Below, in pieces: positions 46,101-55,591 of a stretch of 64,000 nucleotides of DNA (position 1 is its first letter; each line of letters starts with the position of its first letter). The position numbers and the translations under genes were made by a program. This DNA is from Rubripirellula sp. (GTDB lineage Bacteria > Planctomycetota > Planctomycetia > Pirellulales > Pirellulaceae). The stretch spans positions 7,232,001-7,296,000 of the forward strand of contig OZ244207.1 in assembly GCA_965216875.1 (NCBI GenBank), given 5' to 3'. The notes under the pieces were generated by a model, which made no database searches, was not told where the DNA came from, and worked only from the letters and a program-made list of their open reading frames with translations.

Positions 46101-48303
46101 GATCAAAATCGAACAACCGTTGGGCGTATCGCACGAATCCGTTCTCTCGCAACAACAATCGAATCACGCCCGCAGCATCGTCCCAGAAAATCGCTCCCTT
46201 TAAATCGCTATTGAATTCCGGCCCGACAGACGCGGTGTATTCCGATGGCAACGAATCGGCAAGGTCTCCTTCGGCAATGACCGTTCCCGTTTTGAGCGAG
46301 ATTTCGCGCCACCGACTTCCGTCACGCCAAAGCTGGAACAGACTTTCGCGTTGAGGGTTGTAGACGCTTTCAGCGTCATGATCCGAAATGTGATAGTCGA
46401 CAGAATCATCGACTGTCCCAATCAACGTGCCTTCGGTAGCATCGATCAACAACCATTGTGGGTGTTCGGTCGGCAACGTGAAACGAACGGCGACGACTTC
46501 GGTCGCCGGCTCGAGGCTGGTCTGCTGCGAAGCGAAATGAACTCGATCACCAAACGAATCAAGCGAGACGAGATGGAGCTCCGCGATAACACCTGCGACT
46601 GGCGCGAGCGCCGAGACATCCACCACCGCGGTGGCTTGTCCGGTGAGTTGATCAACGCGAGTCAGTATTTGGTAGGCACTCAACCAAAACGCATCGCCAC
46701 CGGAATTCAACACATGTTGGTCAATGGCGGATACGTCGGGACTTGCCTCCAACACTTCGATTGGCCCTGAAACACCTTTATCGCCGGCAAGCTGCACCGT
46801 TCCAAATCCATAGATGGCCCGTGCGCCATGCTGGACGATCGGCCATTCCAACGTTTCTTCGCGCGTGACCACTTGATCAATCGCTGGATCTGAAAGGTCA
46901 TCGGTGCCCAGTGTCCGCATCCGAGGACCGCCAGCCTCGATGTCGATGCCGCCGAAAATTCGACGGTCTAGATCCCAAGTCCTCCTCCAAACGTTAGGCA
47001 ATCGGTTGTTGGGAATCACGTCCAGATCGAACAGAGCATTGCCGTAATGGTCGAGCACCATCCCCGAGATTGCGTTATCAGGAATTTGAAATTCGTAAAC
47101 TCCGAATGGCGACCTGGGGTCGCGACGGAGGGTCACTTGCCTGATTCCTTCAACGACGGTTCCGTCGCGCCATTTTCCTTCGATCACTGGAATATCGGCA
47201 TAGACCAGAGAGTCTGTGTGGGGCAATTCCACGTAGACAACCTGCCCAGCGCGTACCGCCGGACGCGACGAATCAAAGGCGGCCCCCAGGTCCGGAGTGA
47301 ATGGAAACTCTCCCACTCGCTGTGGTTGGGGAAGATGTGCGACTCGATCAACGGTACGTCGCACTGGTAAGGTCGTCGTATTGCCAGCCACGTCTTCAAG
47401 CACACCATCAAGTTGAAGATCGACGTAGGGGTTGTGGTCGGCCAAGCTAAACCGAGCCAACTCGAAATCGACAAGCGTTCGCCCGTCGGATTGCGCGTGC
47501 GTCTCGTAGGTCCGTTGCGAAATAACACCTTTGCCAGCATGATCGAATTGTCGAATCGAAAGCGTTTCCAAACTGGATTGGGTCACGCCGCTCGCGTCAG
47601 TCACGGCGAAGACCATCGTGCTGCTAGAAGTTTCGATGCTGCGTGGCAGAACGACCTCGGGGGACGTTGTGTCAAGGACAAACGAAAGGCGTGCAAGGAC
47701 CTCCGTTTGTTCTCCGTAGGGGTCACCGCTGTGCGCGACCAATTCGAGAGCCGCTGGGTAGACTTCGTGCCGACGATAGTCGTGGAAACGTCCTACAACG
47801 ACGTTGGATGGCAGTTCGAAAACGCCGTTTTCAATGATGTTGGTAATGTCAATCGACTTTTCATAGCCGAGAGCACTGACGCCACGGATTGCGAGACTCG
47901 GGCTGTCGTCATGCGATGACCAATCGATCGTTCCGCGCAGGGTTGCGTCGTTGGTGATTTTGTCATCGTTGGTCGTGCCCCCCGGGGCCGAATCGTGCGC
48001 AAGCTCGAGTTTGGCGCTGGGGAGCGATGGATCAATTTCATTGATGACCCTAAGTCGGTTGACGACAATCAGTGCATCAAGTGCCGTCACGAACCCGCTG
48101 TCATCGACGTCTCGCTGCCTTGCTTGGTACGAATTTGCGACTGAGTTGGATCCGTTTCGACGCATCCAGTTGATCACGCTGATCGCGTCCGATGCGGTGA
48201 CCTGGCCATCCGCGTTGACATCCAGCGGATCGTAAGCATCGTCGACATCCCCGGCCAATAGATTTCGTTGGCCGAGTTTTTCGAAGGTGGGTTTACGACG
48301 CAT
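43162..48303 (-). CDS. 1713-aa planctomycete extracellular protein with dockerin and Ig/IPT-like repeats
   Basis: N-terminal FEKLGQRNLLAGD (Planctomycete extracellular motif), DVNADGQVTASDA/DVDDSGFVTALDAL dockerin pair, DDKITNDATL..LDTTSP Ig-like unit, internal repeats. Confidence 0.85.
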   Translation of the reverse strand: MRRKPTFEKLGQRNLLAGDVDDAYDPLDVNADGQVTASDAISVINWMRRNGSNSVANSYQARQRDVDDSGFVTALDALIVVNRLRVINEIDPSLPSAKLELAHDSAPGGTTNDDKITNDATLRGTIDWSSHDDSPSLAIRGVSALGYEKSIDITNIIENGVFELPSNVVVGRFHDYRRHEVYPAALELVAHSGDPYGEQTEVLARLSFVLDTTSPEVVLPRSIETSSSTMVFAVTDASGVTQSSLETLSIRQFDHAGKGVISQRTYETHAQSDGRTLVDFELARFSLADHNPYVDLQLDGVLEDVAGNTTTLPVRRTVDRVAHLPQPQRVGEFPFTPDLGAAFDSSRPAVRAGQVVYVELPHTDSLVYADIPVIEGKWRDGTVVEGIRQVTLRRDPRSPFGVYEFQIPDNAISGMVLDHYGNALFDLDVIPNNRLPNVWRRTWDLDRRIFGGIDIEAGGPRMRTLGTDDLSDPAIDQVVTREETLEWPIVQHGARAIYGFGTVQLAGDKGVSGPIEVLEASPDVSAIDQHVLNSGGDAFWLSAYQILTRVDQLTGQATAVVDVSALAPVAGVIAELHLVSLDSFGDRVHFASQQTSLEPATEVVAVRFTLPTEHPQWLLIDATEGTLIGTVDDSVDYHISDHDAESVYNPQRESLFQLWRDGSRWREISLKTGTVIAEGDLADSLPSEYTASVGPEFNSDLKGAIFWDDAAGVIRLLLRENGFVRYAQRLFDFDHSIEQFTPSTAIEYSEYPLENLTRAAFRNDWLYLLENSNRDPDTIRRERLVERVDHPAQGTPAIHQIVSVANDGEPTDPTIPSANMYQSIEVIGENLRPGMSLVFELDSRMFPTFRHYSQIHGSRLSVLRDVSEDGTRAIVSVPDSATSGMVRTRDQSGGVWLNIVPRITEPNSIRGDMPSRERSIIAYDITGLGSEPFAVLIDDKLISGCELPLPDVCDPIALPQATPLIERSLEVVTAAGRHRLEVPSPLESSPGEWEIESLSTHSHEFAKDYSYAGLSDEHQVGGSLVTVRVRPTDPNNTAPPPQRLTFLLQSGDGDPYFFDRRRAGATASFEYFVRLPIGFHGGSIMIEPPPNRALPADAGFPIKIAPTVVGASGDSQQPGSTILLAGINLGQAAFSIDGIDVVSEFAPPAEGLQLETLALTVPPEVTDGKLQIELDEVVATLDQLDPWWDELEMPVASVGTPLFDGLPSANHGQSFRYFVDCTPTDDYQCDADSWPPYRFRQQLIGRGSEAAGKSERPLSYSEQDGLEFETVASSAGPLMIFGDRTGNSLNLLPIVPKLNEVRSVLKYSSERRYDRETWLDLEIERFEYGFVFDVDWGDHHWQIDYNDTHVTYRPNVYLRSPTSYSPDPTSIIRHWWVGYGRLALESGVWLGPDNLETLPSEPIVISNGWGSHSWNPSEAEGVADLHASLVATSGTPADPSIPSVNAGQVLSAPQSIVDTGDTVVFARRTNANGESIPERASWTAAAVNVDEFEYYTAPYQVPDNAVTGMMRWGLLSPERYVQVIPEIYSRENTSDLTIHFRGVDFGDKVMIGQFEVPLSDEEVFAGSYTFSWDDPRVRGLTYDDIAKGISVAGVGGRSEIMQIPYASAILVNGVESPISSGLISSGPIIVRPGDTVTVVGGSLEPSTGASLYRLQTRSWTSIGIENLGVSEDQTQFSFRIGTAIRKGEAMEIDLGNGDATWSLLEHRIVAADR

Positions 48304-48485
48304 TCAAGAAGATTGGTTGCTACGGGTGTGCCGAAACGCCAGGAAAGACGCCCCTCTGGTGAGCTTGCACTTTAACCAAAAAGGTGAGAGTGTGTCATCG
48401 GCCTGTGACATTTCGTTGGGATCTCTCAACGGATCGAGATCAGTACAATGCGGCTTTTTCGTGGTGAGATTGCGAGTTTTGCTCG

Positions 48486-49190
48486 ATGACAGCGGACGAT
48501 CCCTTTTTCGAACCCTATGACCGTAGCGAGATTGCTTACGGCGAAACGCCCTCGGCGCCATTGGCTGCGTACATCGCTCAGGTGGATCGCCGCGGGTGCG
48601 TGTACGATCTTGGTGCAGGCGCCGGCCGCGATACGCTCGCGCTCGCTCGCGCCGGTTTTGATGTCACGGCAGTTGACCTCAGTGCCCGCGGACTTGAACG
48701 AATCGTCGAACGCGCTGAATCCCAACAGATCGGCGATCGCGTCAAGACGATGGTGAGCGACGTGCGTGAGGTTGTGTTTCCCGAGAAGTTGGACGGCATC
48801 GTCGCGACGACCGTGCTCGATCACATTCCCGCCCATGATGCGCGGCCGGTTTGGGAGCGGATGGTCGCCGCGCTTGATGAGCAAGCATTTCTGTACGTCG
48901 AAGTGCACACCACCGAAGATCCAGGCTCCGACCAAGAACCGGGCGCAAGTAGCGATGCACCGGTCAGCGAGACCGCTGGTGCAGTGATCAACTACCTTCA
49001 GCCGAATCAACTTGTCGGCTGGGCGACCGAGCCCGAAGCGAACTTGCGGATCTTGCGGTACGAAGAACGATTGGAATGGGACTACACGCACGGCCCAGAA
49101 CATTTGCACGGCAAAGCTGTGCTGATCGCAGTGCGGCGCGGATTCCATCCGAGCTGGTATGGTCAACCGCCAGCATTTCCGCGCCGCTAA
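48486..49190 (+). CDS. Class I SAM-dependent methyltransferase (TehB-like)
   Basis: YDLGAGAGRDTLALARAGFDVTAVDLS motif I. Confidence 0.88.
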   Translation: MTADDPFFEPYDRSEIAYGETPSAPLAAYIAQVDRRGCVYDLGAGAGRDTLALARAGFDVTAVDLSARGLERIVERAESQQIGDRVKTMVSDVREVVFPEKLDGIVATTVLDHIPAHDARPVWERMVAALDEQAFLYVEVHTTEDPGSDQEPGASSDAPVSETAGAVINYLQPNQLVGWATEPEANLRILRYEERLEWDYTHGPEHLHGKAVLIAVRRGFHPSWYGQPPAFPRR

Positions 49191-49248
49191 CCACAGCTCG
49201 CGCAACTAACTTCAAGTCGCGTGAGTGCATCGCGAGACTTGGGCGGCG

Positions 49249-50274
49249 CTAGAACAGCCAACCTGACGGTTTGGGACCCACTTTGAACGACTTGAAAAAG
49301 ACCTCCTGCTCTTCGCGTTCAAGGTTGCGGTCAAGTTCCATCTGAACTGCTGGATCGGCATCCATACTGGCGGCAAGGTAGCCGATGATGATGAATCGCC
49401 CTTCAACGTGATAGGCTTCAAGCATCATGTTGGGAACAAACAGACTTCCATCGAGTCGGCCTTTGATGCCTTTGTATCCATTGCGTTCTGAAGGCGTTCC
49501 GCCCAAGAAGTCACCGCCGAGTTGGCGACTTGCTTTCTTGCGCATTTGTTCGTTGTCGATTTCGCGCGTGCCGCCGTCCATCGCGCCAAAGAAGTAGTAG
49601 GAACCGGTGGCGGTGCTTTCGACGACCGTGCAGTCGTCTGCAATGACTGTGCGAAGTTTGGTGCTAACGTCTCTTCCCTTTGGGACGAGGGCGACGCAGC
49701 CATAGTGACTTACCGCTTGATAGCCCGAAGGTGCCGACGCCTTCAGCTTGACGAATGGATCTTCCTCGGCTTCGCCTCCGCCGCCACCGCCGCCCGCCAT
49801 CATCACACCAACGCCGACGACCATCATCACCAAGACTCCGACACCTGCGATGATGCCAACGACCATGCCGGGGCTTAGCTTTTTCGAAGGGGCAGCGACC
49901 TGGCCCGGCGCGCCTCCCATGTTGGTCGATCCGTCGCCGAGAGTGGACGGGTCGACGCCGCCCTCGGGTGTGACACCTTCGAGTGGGTCGCCCGGAATCG
50001 GCCCGGTGTAAACCTCCATGTGCTCGTTGGCGACAGGAAAGTGCGACACCGCGGTTTGGTTCGAGGCGGTCGGGTAATTGAGTTGTGCGAAATCAAAACC
50101 TTCGTCATCGGGATCAAGGTTCTGTGGCGCCGCTGCGGCGACAGGACGCTGCGCGGCAGCACGAGCTTGGACCGGCACGGCGCCATTGCACTTTGGGCAT
50201 TTGACTCGTCCCGATGCGGGAGCCTGTTTGAGCCGTAAAGATGTATTGCAATGCGGGCAAGTGACGGTCAACAT
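49249..50274 (-). CDS. Zinc-ribbon domain single-TM protein
   Basis: CPHC..CPKC N-terminus, disordered linker, TM helix, poly-Gly, C-terminal domain. Confidence 0.8.
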   Translation of the reverse strand: MLTVTCPHCNTSLRLKQAPASGRVKCPKCNGAVPVQARAAAQRPVAAAAPQNLDPDDEGFDFAQLNYPTASNQTAVSHFPVANEHMEVYTGPIPGDPLEGVTPEGGVDPSTLGDGSTNMGGAPGQVAAPSKKLSPGMVVGIIAGVGVLVMMVVGVGVMMAGGGGGGGEAEEDPFVKLKASAPSGYQAVSHYGCVALVPKGRDVSTKLRTVIADDCTVVESTATGSYYFFGAMDGGTREIDNEQMRKKASRQLGGDFLGGTPSERNGYKGIKGRLDGSLFVPNMMLEAYHVEGRFIIIGYLAASMDADPAVQMELDRNLEREEQEVFFKSFKVGPKPSGWLF

Positions 50275-50766
50275 CGACGGGGTGTCTCTAATTGGATGAC
50301 AGTTGGGAAACAATCAGGTTAGTCAGGCCAAGTCCAGAGCGGGTCGAGGCGCGAAAGATAAAACGCTGGTTCCGAACATGCTAGTTTAACGCAGACCTGG
50401 TCAACTGAGAAATGTGCCGTCACAACCGGTACTTTTCCCACCCCAGCCTGATCGCCCAACGCGACATGAAAGCGCGCCTCGGCATCGCGTGGCCCACTTC
50501 CCCGGCACCTTCAGGCGGGTATCCTTTTTCTGTCTCGGCCTTCCGCGTTGGTTCGAGACTGCTGAAATCGCCCCAAACTGTCGCCCCGAACCCCGCTTCG
50601 ATCCCTCGCCCCTAGGCTGTGATTCTTTCAAAGTCGGCTTTCTCTCTGTGAAAGCAGCGTCCAGCGACGCAACTTTTGTGGAGCAAAATGCGACTCGACT
50701 GAAAAACTCATCGCTTTGCCGCCTGGAATCTTCCAACCCTCTCTACTGTCAAGGACGTTGACCCCG

Positions 50767-52566
50767 ATGAGCACTGCCACTTTGCCGCTTCGCAAGGATG
50801 TTGCTCCCGAAGACTGCTGGGATCTTTCCAGCCTCTACGGCGATGACGCTGCATGGGAATCGGACTTCAAAAAACTCGAAGAACAGATTGCCACCTTCGA
50901 AACCTTCAAGGGACGACTGGGAGAATCGGCAGCAGTGTTGGCGGAGGCACTCACGTTCGACTCCGATTTTGATCGGACTGCCGAACGCCTCGGCTACTAC
51001 GCGTTCTTGAAGACGACCGAAGATCAAGGCAACAGCGACTACCAGGCGATGAAGTCGCGGTACCAGAATCTCGCTGTTCGCGCCAGTCAAGCGGCGAGCT
51101 ACATCCGGCCTGAGTTGTTGGCGATCGACCAGGAAAGCATGGCGTCGATGATGGAGGACGAATCGATCGCGCCGTTTCGTTTGCAGCTCGAACGGCTTGT
51201 TCGCTATCGACCCCATACGCTGAGCGACAACGAAGAACGTTTGCTGGCCATGCAAGGCGAAATGGCTGGCGCGGCAGGCAACGCGTTTCGTCAACTCAAC
51301 GATGCCGACTTGCGATTCGGAGAAGTCGAGGATCACAACGGTGACAAGATCGAACTGTCGCACGCGACCTTCGGTCAGCTCTTGATCAGCCCCGAACGCG
51401 CCGTCCGACGCAAAGCCTTTGATCAGTACTACGAACAATTCTCGGGGCACGAAAACACCCTTGCCGCGACCCTTTCGGGAAGCATTCAGCGTGACGTCTA
51501 CTATGCCCGCGCACGCAACTACGAAAGCAGTTTGCAGTCGGCGCTGTTCCCCGACAACGTTCCCGTCGATGTTTACGACAACCTCATTTCTGCAGTTCGC
51601 GACTCATTGCCCAGCGTCCATCACTACTTTGATGTTCGACGACGCAAGATGGGACTCAAAGACATTCACCACTACGACACGTACGTGCCGATCCTGAGTG
51701 ACATCGAGAAACACCACACTTGGGACCAAGCCGTCGAAGTGATTCTCGAGTCGCTCGCACCACTTGGAAGCGAGTACGTTGCTGCACTCGAAGATGGTCT
51801 AAGCGGCCGCTGGGCTGATCGCTATCCAAATCGTGGAAAACAGAGCGGTGCATTCAGTTGTGGTTCGTTCGACGGCGATCCCTACATTTTGATGAACTTT
51901 AAAGAACAGGTTCTCAATGATGTCTTCACATTGACGCACGAAGCGGGGCATTCGATGCACAGCTTCTATTCGGCACGCAATCAGCCCTACCAGTACTACA
52001 ACTACACGATCTTCGTCGCCGAAGTTGCAAGTACGTTCAATGAACAACTGTTGACCGAACATTTGCTCAACAATGCATCGGACGATAATGAACGGGCTTA
52101 CTTGATCAATAACGAACTTGACAGCATCCGCGCGACGGTCGTTCGCCAAACGATGTTTGCCGAGTTTGAAAAGAAGACGCACGAGATGGCGGAAGCAGGT
52201 GAGCCATTGACCGTGAAGTCATTCCGAGCCGTGTACCGAGAACTGCTCGACGCTTACTTTGGCCCCGACTTCGTGATCGACGAAACGCTCGAACTCGAGT
52301 GCTTTCGTATCCCGCACTTTTACCGCGCGTTTTACGTTTACAAGTACGCAACCGGCTTGAGCGCCGCGGTGGCTTTGTCACGCCGCGTCCTTGCTGGCGG
52401 TGAAAAAGAGCTGGCCGACTACCACACCTTCTTGTCGGGCGGTTGCAGCAAAGACCCTCTCGACTTACTGCGTGATGCGGGCGTCGACATGGCGAGCTCC
52501 GAACCGGTCACAACCACCCTCAAGCGATTCGCGGAACTGACCGAAGAGCTCGATCAACTGATCTAG
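50767..52566 (+). CDS. pepF: Oligoendopeptidase F (M3B)
   Basis: WDLSSLY, GKQSGAFS, HEAGHSMHS, AEVAST, RQTMFAEFE, IPHFY..FYVYKYATG. Confidence 0.96.
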   Translation: MSTATLPLRKDVAPEDCWDLSSLYGDDAAWESDFKKLEEQIATFETFKGRLGESAAVLAEALTFDSDFDRTAERLGYYAFLKTTEDQGNSDYQAMKSRYQNLAVRASQAASYIRPELLAIDQESMASMMEDESIAPFRLQLERLVRYRPHTLSDNEERLLAMQGEMAGAAGNAFRQLNDADLRFGEVEDHNGDKIELSHATFGQLLISPERAVRRKAFDQYYEQFSGHENTLAATLSGSIQRDVYYARARNYESSLQSALFPDNVPVDVYDNLISAVRDSLPSVHHYFDVRRRKMGLKDIHHYDTYVPILSDIEKHHTWDQAVEVILESLAPLGSEYVAALEDGLSGRWADRYPNRGKQSGAFSCGSFDGDPYILMNFKEQVLNDVFTLTHEAGHSMHSFYSARNQPYQYYNYTIFVAEVASTFNEQLLTEHLLNNASDDNERAYLINNELDSIRATVVRQTMFAEFEKKTHEMAEAGEPLTVKSFRAVYRELLDAYFGPDFVIDETLELECFRIPHFYRAFYVYKYATGLSAAVALSRRVLAGGEKELADYHTFLSGGCSKDPLDLLRDAGVDMASSEPVTTTLKRFAELTEELDQLI

Positions 52567-52568
52567 GC

Positions 52569-52633
52569 GGTGAGCCGAACGAGCTAACGTCGGGCCTGGG
52601 TAGTCAACCGTAGCTACCTTCGCCAGAAGGTGG
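52569..52633 (+). repeat. Family A plus family B REP-like repeats
   Basis: GGTGAGCCGAACGAGCTAACGTCGGGCC and GTAGCTACCTTCGCCAGAAGGTGG just after the pepF stop. Confidence 0.85.
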
Positions 52634-52747
52634 GATGCGCTGTTGATCACACTGCCTACGCCGTGGCGAGCCTAGCGTGCTCCGCTCCGACGAACGCTCG
52701 ATCGTTGGTTAGTCCACACGCTTTGCCATGGACGATTCCATCACCGC

Positions 52748-52753
52748 TAGAAT
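52748..52753 (+). promoter_or_regulatory. Putative sigma70 -10 element
   Basis: TAGAAT 50 nt before ATG 52804. Similar hexamers precede minus-strand genes at 1898-1903, 26564-26569, 27858-27863, 34345-34350 and 50383-50388. Confidence 0.4.
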
Positions 52754-52803
52754 ACGCTCGAAACCCTTCTTGTCTCGATTGTCTTTTTGAAGCGGACAGG
52801 CAC

Positions 52804-54390
52804 ATGACGACGCTTACCTTCTGTGGTGCCGCTGGCACGGTCACTGGTTCTTGCTCGCACATCGATAGTGAAGCGGGAAAATTCCTCGTCGACTGCGGGC
52901 TCTTCCAGGGCAACCGCACAACCCAAGAGTTGAACCTAGGCGAGTTTCCATTCGATGCTTCGAAAGCTGAGTTCCTGGTTCTGACTCACGCTCACATTGA
53001 CCACAGCGGTCTGCTTCCGAAGCTGGTGCGAGCCGGTTTCGAAGGCACGATCTTTGCCACGGAAGCGACGTGTGACTTGCTGGAGTTCATGATTCGTGAC
53101 TCGGCGCACATTCAGGAATCGAATGCCGAGCGGCAAAACAAGAAACGCCAACGCCGAGGACAGGAGTTGGTGCAGCCGATCTACACGATCCCCGACGCCG
53201 AAAAAACGATGCAGCTGGTCAAGCCCGTGAAGTATGAAACCTGGTTCGAACCGAAGCCGGGCATTCGCGTCCGTTTTTGGAATGCGGGCCACTTGCTCGG
53301 ATCGGCATCGGCCGAAGTTGAAATCACAGAGTGTGCGTCGAGCAAAACTTTGCGGCTGCTCTTTTCTGGCGATCTTGGTCCAGAAGAAAAGGTGTTTCAT
53401 CCCGAACCCGATGCGCCCACCGGCTACGACTACATCATTTGCGAAAGCACTTATGGCGACCGCGAACGCGAAGACTACACGCTGGAAAAACGTCGTGAGG
53501 CGATGCGCGCGGAACTTGTTCGCGGTTTGGAGCGAGGGGGCAATGTGGTGATTCCTTCGTTCGCGGTCGAACGAAGTCAGGAATTGTTGCACGACATCGG
53601 CGTGCTCCTATCGACCGGCCAGATCCCCGACGCCAATGTCTATCTCGATTCGCCACTGGCACGCAAAGTTACCGAGGTCTTCATTCGTCATTCTTCCGCA
53701 ATGGAAGATATCGAAGTCAATGAAAGCGAGTTGTTTCGGCATCCGAATTTTCACTTGGTGCAAAGTGTTGATGAGAGCAAAGCGGTCAACCGAATCAAAG
53801 GGGGCGCGATCATCATCTCGGCCAGTGGCATGTGCAATGCGGGACGCATCAAACACCACCTGCGCAGCAACATCTGGCGTCCCGAATCGACGATCCTGTT
53901 TGTTGGCTACCAGTCGCCAGGCACACTCGGGCACATCATCACCAGTGGGGCCAAAGAGGTGCGGATCCACGGCAAGGATTGTAAGGTCGCGGCCGAGATT
54001 CGTCGGCTCGGCAACTACTCGGCTCATGCCGACCAAAGCGAACTGATTGATTGGATCCTTGAACGAGGGCCGGCGACGGGTGGATTGTTTCTCAACCACG
54101 GTGATGACGAAGCACGTGCCGAACTGCGTCGATTGCTCGTCGAGCGTGGTCTCGACGGCGATCAGATTTTCATGCCGCAATTCGATGAGCGTTTCGAATT
54201 GGTGGCCGGCGATGCGGCAAAATCGACAGGGCGACCCGAGCCACGCATCGATCACGATTCGCTGCTACGCGATTGGCACAACGACTATGCAGCATTCGTT
54301 TTGGAATTGGGCAATCGGTTGCAAAACGCGGATTCGGCCAGCGCAAAGAGGGCACTGATTTCGAAGCTGCAATCGGTCTTGGAAGAGTGA
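52804..54390 (+). CDS. MBL-fold beta-CASP ribonuclease (Ysh1/CPSF-like)
   Basis: GAAGTVTGS, VDCGLFQG, THAHIDHSG, AGHLLGS, FSGDLG, ESTYGDR, SASGM, YSAHAD, NHGD. Confidence 0.93.
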   Translation: MTTLTFCGAAGTVTGSCSHIDSEAGKFLVDCGLFQGNRTTQELNLGEFPFDASKAEFLVLTHAHIDHSGLLPKLVRAGFEGTIFATEATCDLLEFMIRDSAHIQESNAERQNKKRQRRGQELVQPIYTIPDAEKTMQLVKPVKYETWFEPKPGIRVRFWNAGHLLGSASAEVEITECASSKTLRLLFSGDLGPEEKVFHPEPDAPTGYDYIICESTYGDREREDYTLEKRREAMRAELVRGLERGGNVVIPSFAVERSQELLHDIGVLLSTGQIPDANVYLDSPLARKVTEVFIRHSSAMEDIEVNESELFRHPNFHLVQSVDESKAVNRIKGGAIIISASGMCNAGRIKHHLRSNIWRPESTILFVGYQSPGTLGHIITSGAKEVRIHGKDCKVAAEIRRLGNYSAHADQSELIDWILERGPATGGLFLNHGDDEARAELRRLLVERGLDGDQIFMPQFDERFELVAGDAAKSTGRPEPRIDHDSLLRDWHNDYAAFVLELGNRLQNADSASAKRALISKLQSVLEE

Positions 54391-54403
54391 CGCTCGGCAG
54401 TTT

Positions 54404-54630
54404 GTAGTCCCGCCTTCAGGCGGGTTGTGAGAAGATTCCGGCTAAAGCTCGGTACTACGAACAGGCCTTCCTCGTTGCCACGCTCGGCGTCCCTACCCCG
54501 TGAGCCGAACGCGCTAGCGTCGGGCCTTACACTCTTTTCGATCTCGAGCCCGACGCTAGCGAGTTCGGCTGATGCGTGAGCTGCAAGGTGTTTGCAACAC
54601 ACCAACCCTTCCGGCTCTCGGTACTACGAA
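54404..54630. repeat. Cluster of REP-like repeats (family D GTAG pair plus inverted family A pair)
   Basis: GTAGTCCCGCCTTCAGGCGG (54404) with inverted partner ending GGTACTAC (54458); family A at 54500-54526 and inverted at 54548-54570; another D copy near 57897-57916. Confidence 0.8.
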
Positions 54631-54934
54631 CGGCGCCCGCGAAGCACCGCCAGGAAATTTTCAAGAAAAGCGCAAAGCCGATGTAAGAGGCTCGATTTGG
54701 CTTGCCACTAACGGTCTGGCGGTTGTTGTCGAAGCCTCGCAGGCGGTTTGGATCGGCAAAATCGTTTCGATCGAGAGAGCACTCCGCACGGGCTTCGGTA
54801 TTACGATAGGTTCAGTCGCAGTTGTTGCGGCACACCCCCTTTTTGCTGATGGGCCAGGTGTCACTGGTCGGTCAGTCGCCTTCCGCCACATCGAGCACCC
54901 TTCGGTGTGGTGATAAAAGTCGGGTTGAATAGGT

Positions 54935-55555
54935 TTGACGCGAATCGACGCCGGATCCTCGGAAGCACACACGACACCTTACGCTGATGATCGGCGTTTG
55001 GTCGATCAACTGGTGCGCGGTGATGGTCAAGCCTGGCAGGAATTTGTTCAAACGCACGGACGACTCGTGCGGTCTCGTGTCGCCGATGTCGCTTCCACGT
55101 TTGGACGCAGCGAGGATGATTCGGCCATCGACGATGCAACTGCCGAAGTGTTTGCGGCGCTACTGGGCAACAACGCTGCTGCACTCCGAGCGTTTGCTGG
55201 CCGTTCGTCCCTGGGAACGTATGTCGCCGTCATTGCCACTCGCAGCGCGACGCGTGGGTTCGCACGAAAGCGATTGGTGGTGCCTGCGTCAGAAAACGAA
55301 CTCGATCAGGCACGCGATGGGGCGGTCGATCCTGCGCATGGAGTCATCAACGCGGAACAACGCCAGCGATTGCATTTGATGTTGGAGCGATTACCCCCGA
55401 AACAACGCCACGTCGTCAGTCTATTCCATTTGCAAGGCAAAAGTTATGCCGACATCAGCCAACAACTCGACATGCCCATCGGGTCCATTGGCCCCACACT
55501 TCGACGCGCCGAAGCGAGACTCAGGCAACTGATGGAAAACGAAACGACGCATTGA
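54935..55555 (+). CDS. ECF RNA polymerase sigma factor
   Basis: GDGQAWQEFV region 2, RSSLGTYV, LERLPPKQR..GKSYADISQQLDMPIGSIGPTLRRA region 4; TTG start uncertain. Confidence 0.92.
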   Translation: MTRIDAGSSEAHTTPYADDRRLVDQLVRGDGQAWQEFVQTHGRLVRSRVADVASTFGRSEDDSAIDDATAEVFAALLGNNAAALRAFAGRSSLGTYVAVIATRSATRGFARKRLVVPASENELDQARDGAVDPAHGVINAEQRQRLHLMLERLPPKQRHVVSLFHLQGKSYADISQQLDMPIGSIGPTLRRAEARLRQLMENETTH

Positions 55556-55591
55556 AGCCGTTATGACAAACCCTATGACAAGTTTGATTTT

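Noticed and set aside
52804..54390. MBL-fold gene as a beta-lactamase or defence nuclease
   Set aside because: Motifs fit the ordinary beta-CASP RNA-processing family and there are no defence neighbours.
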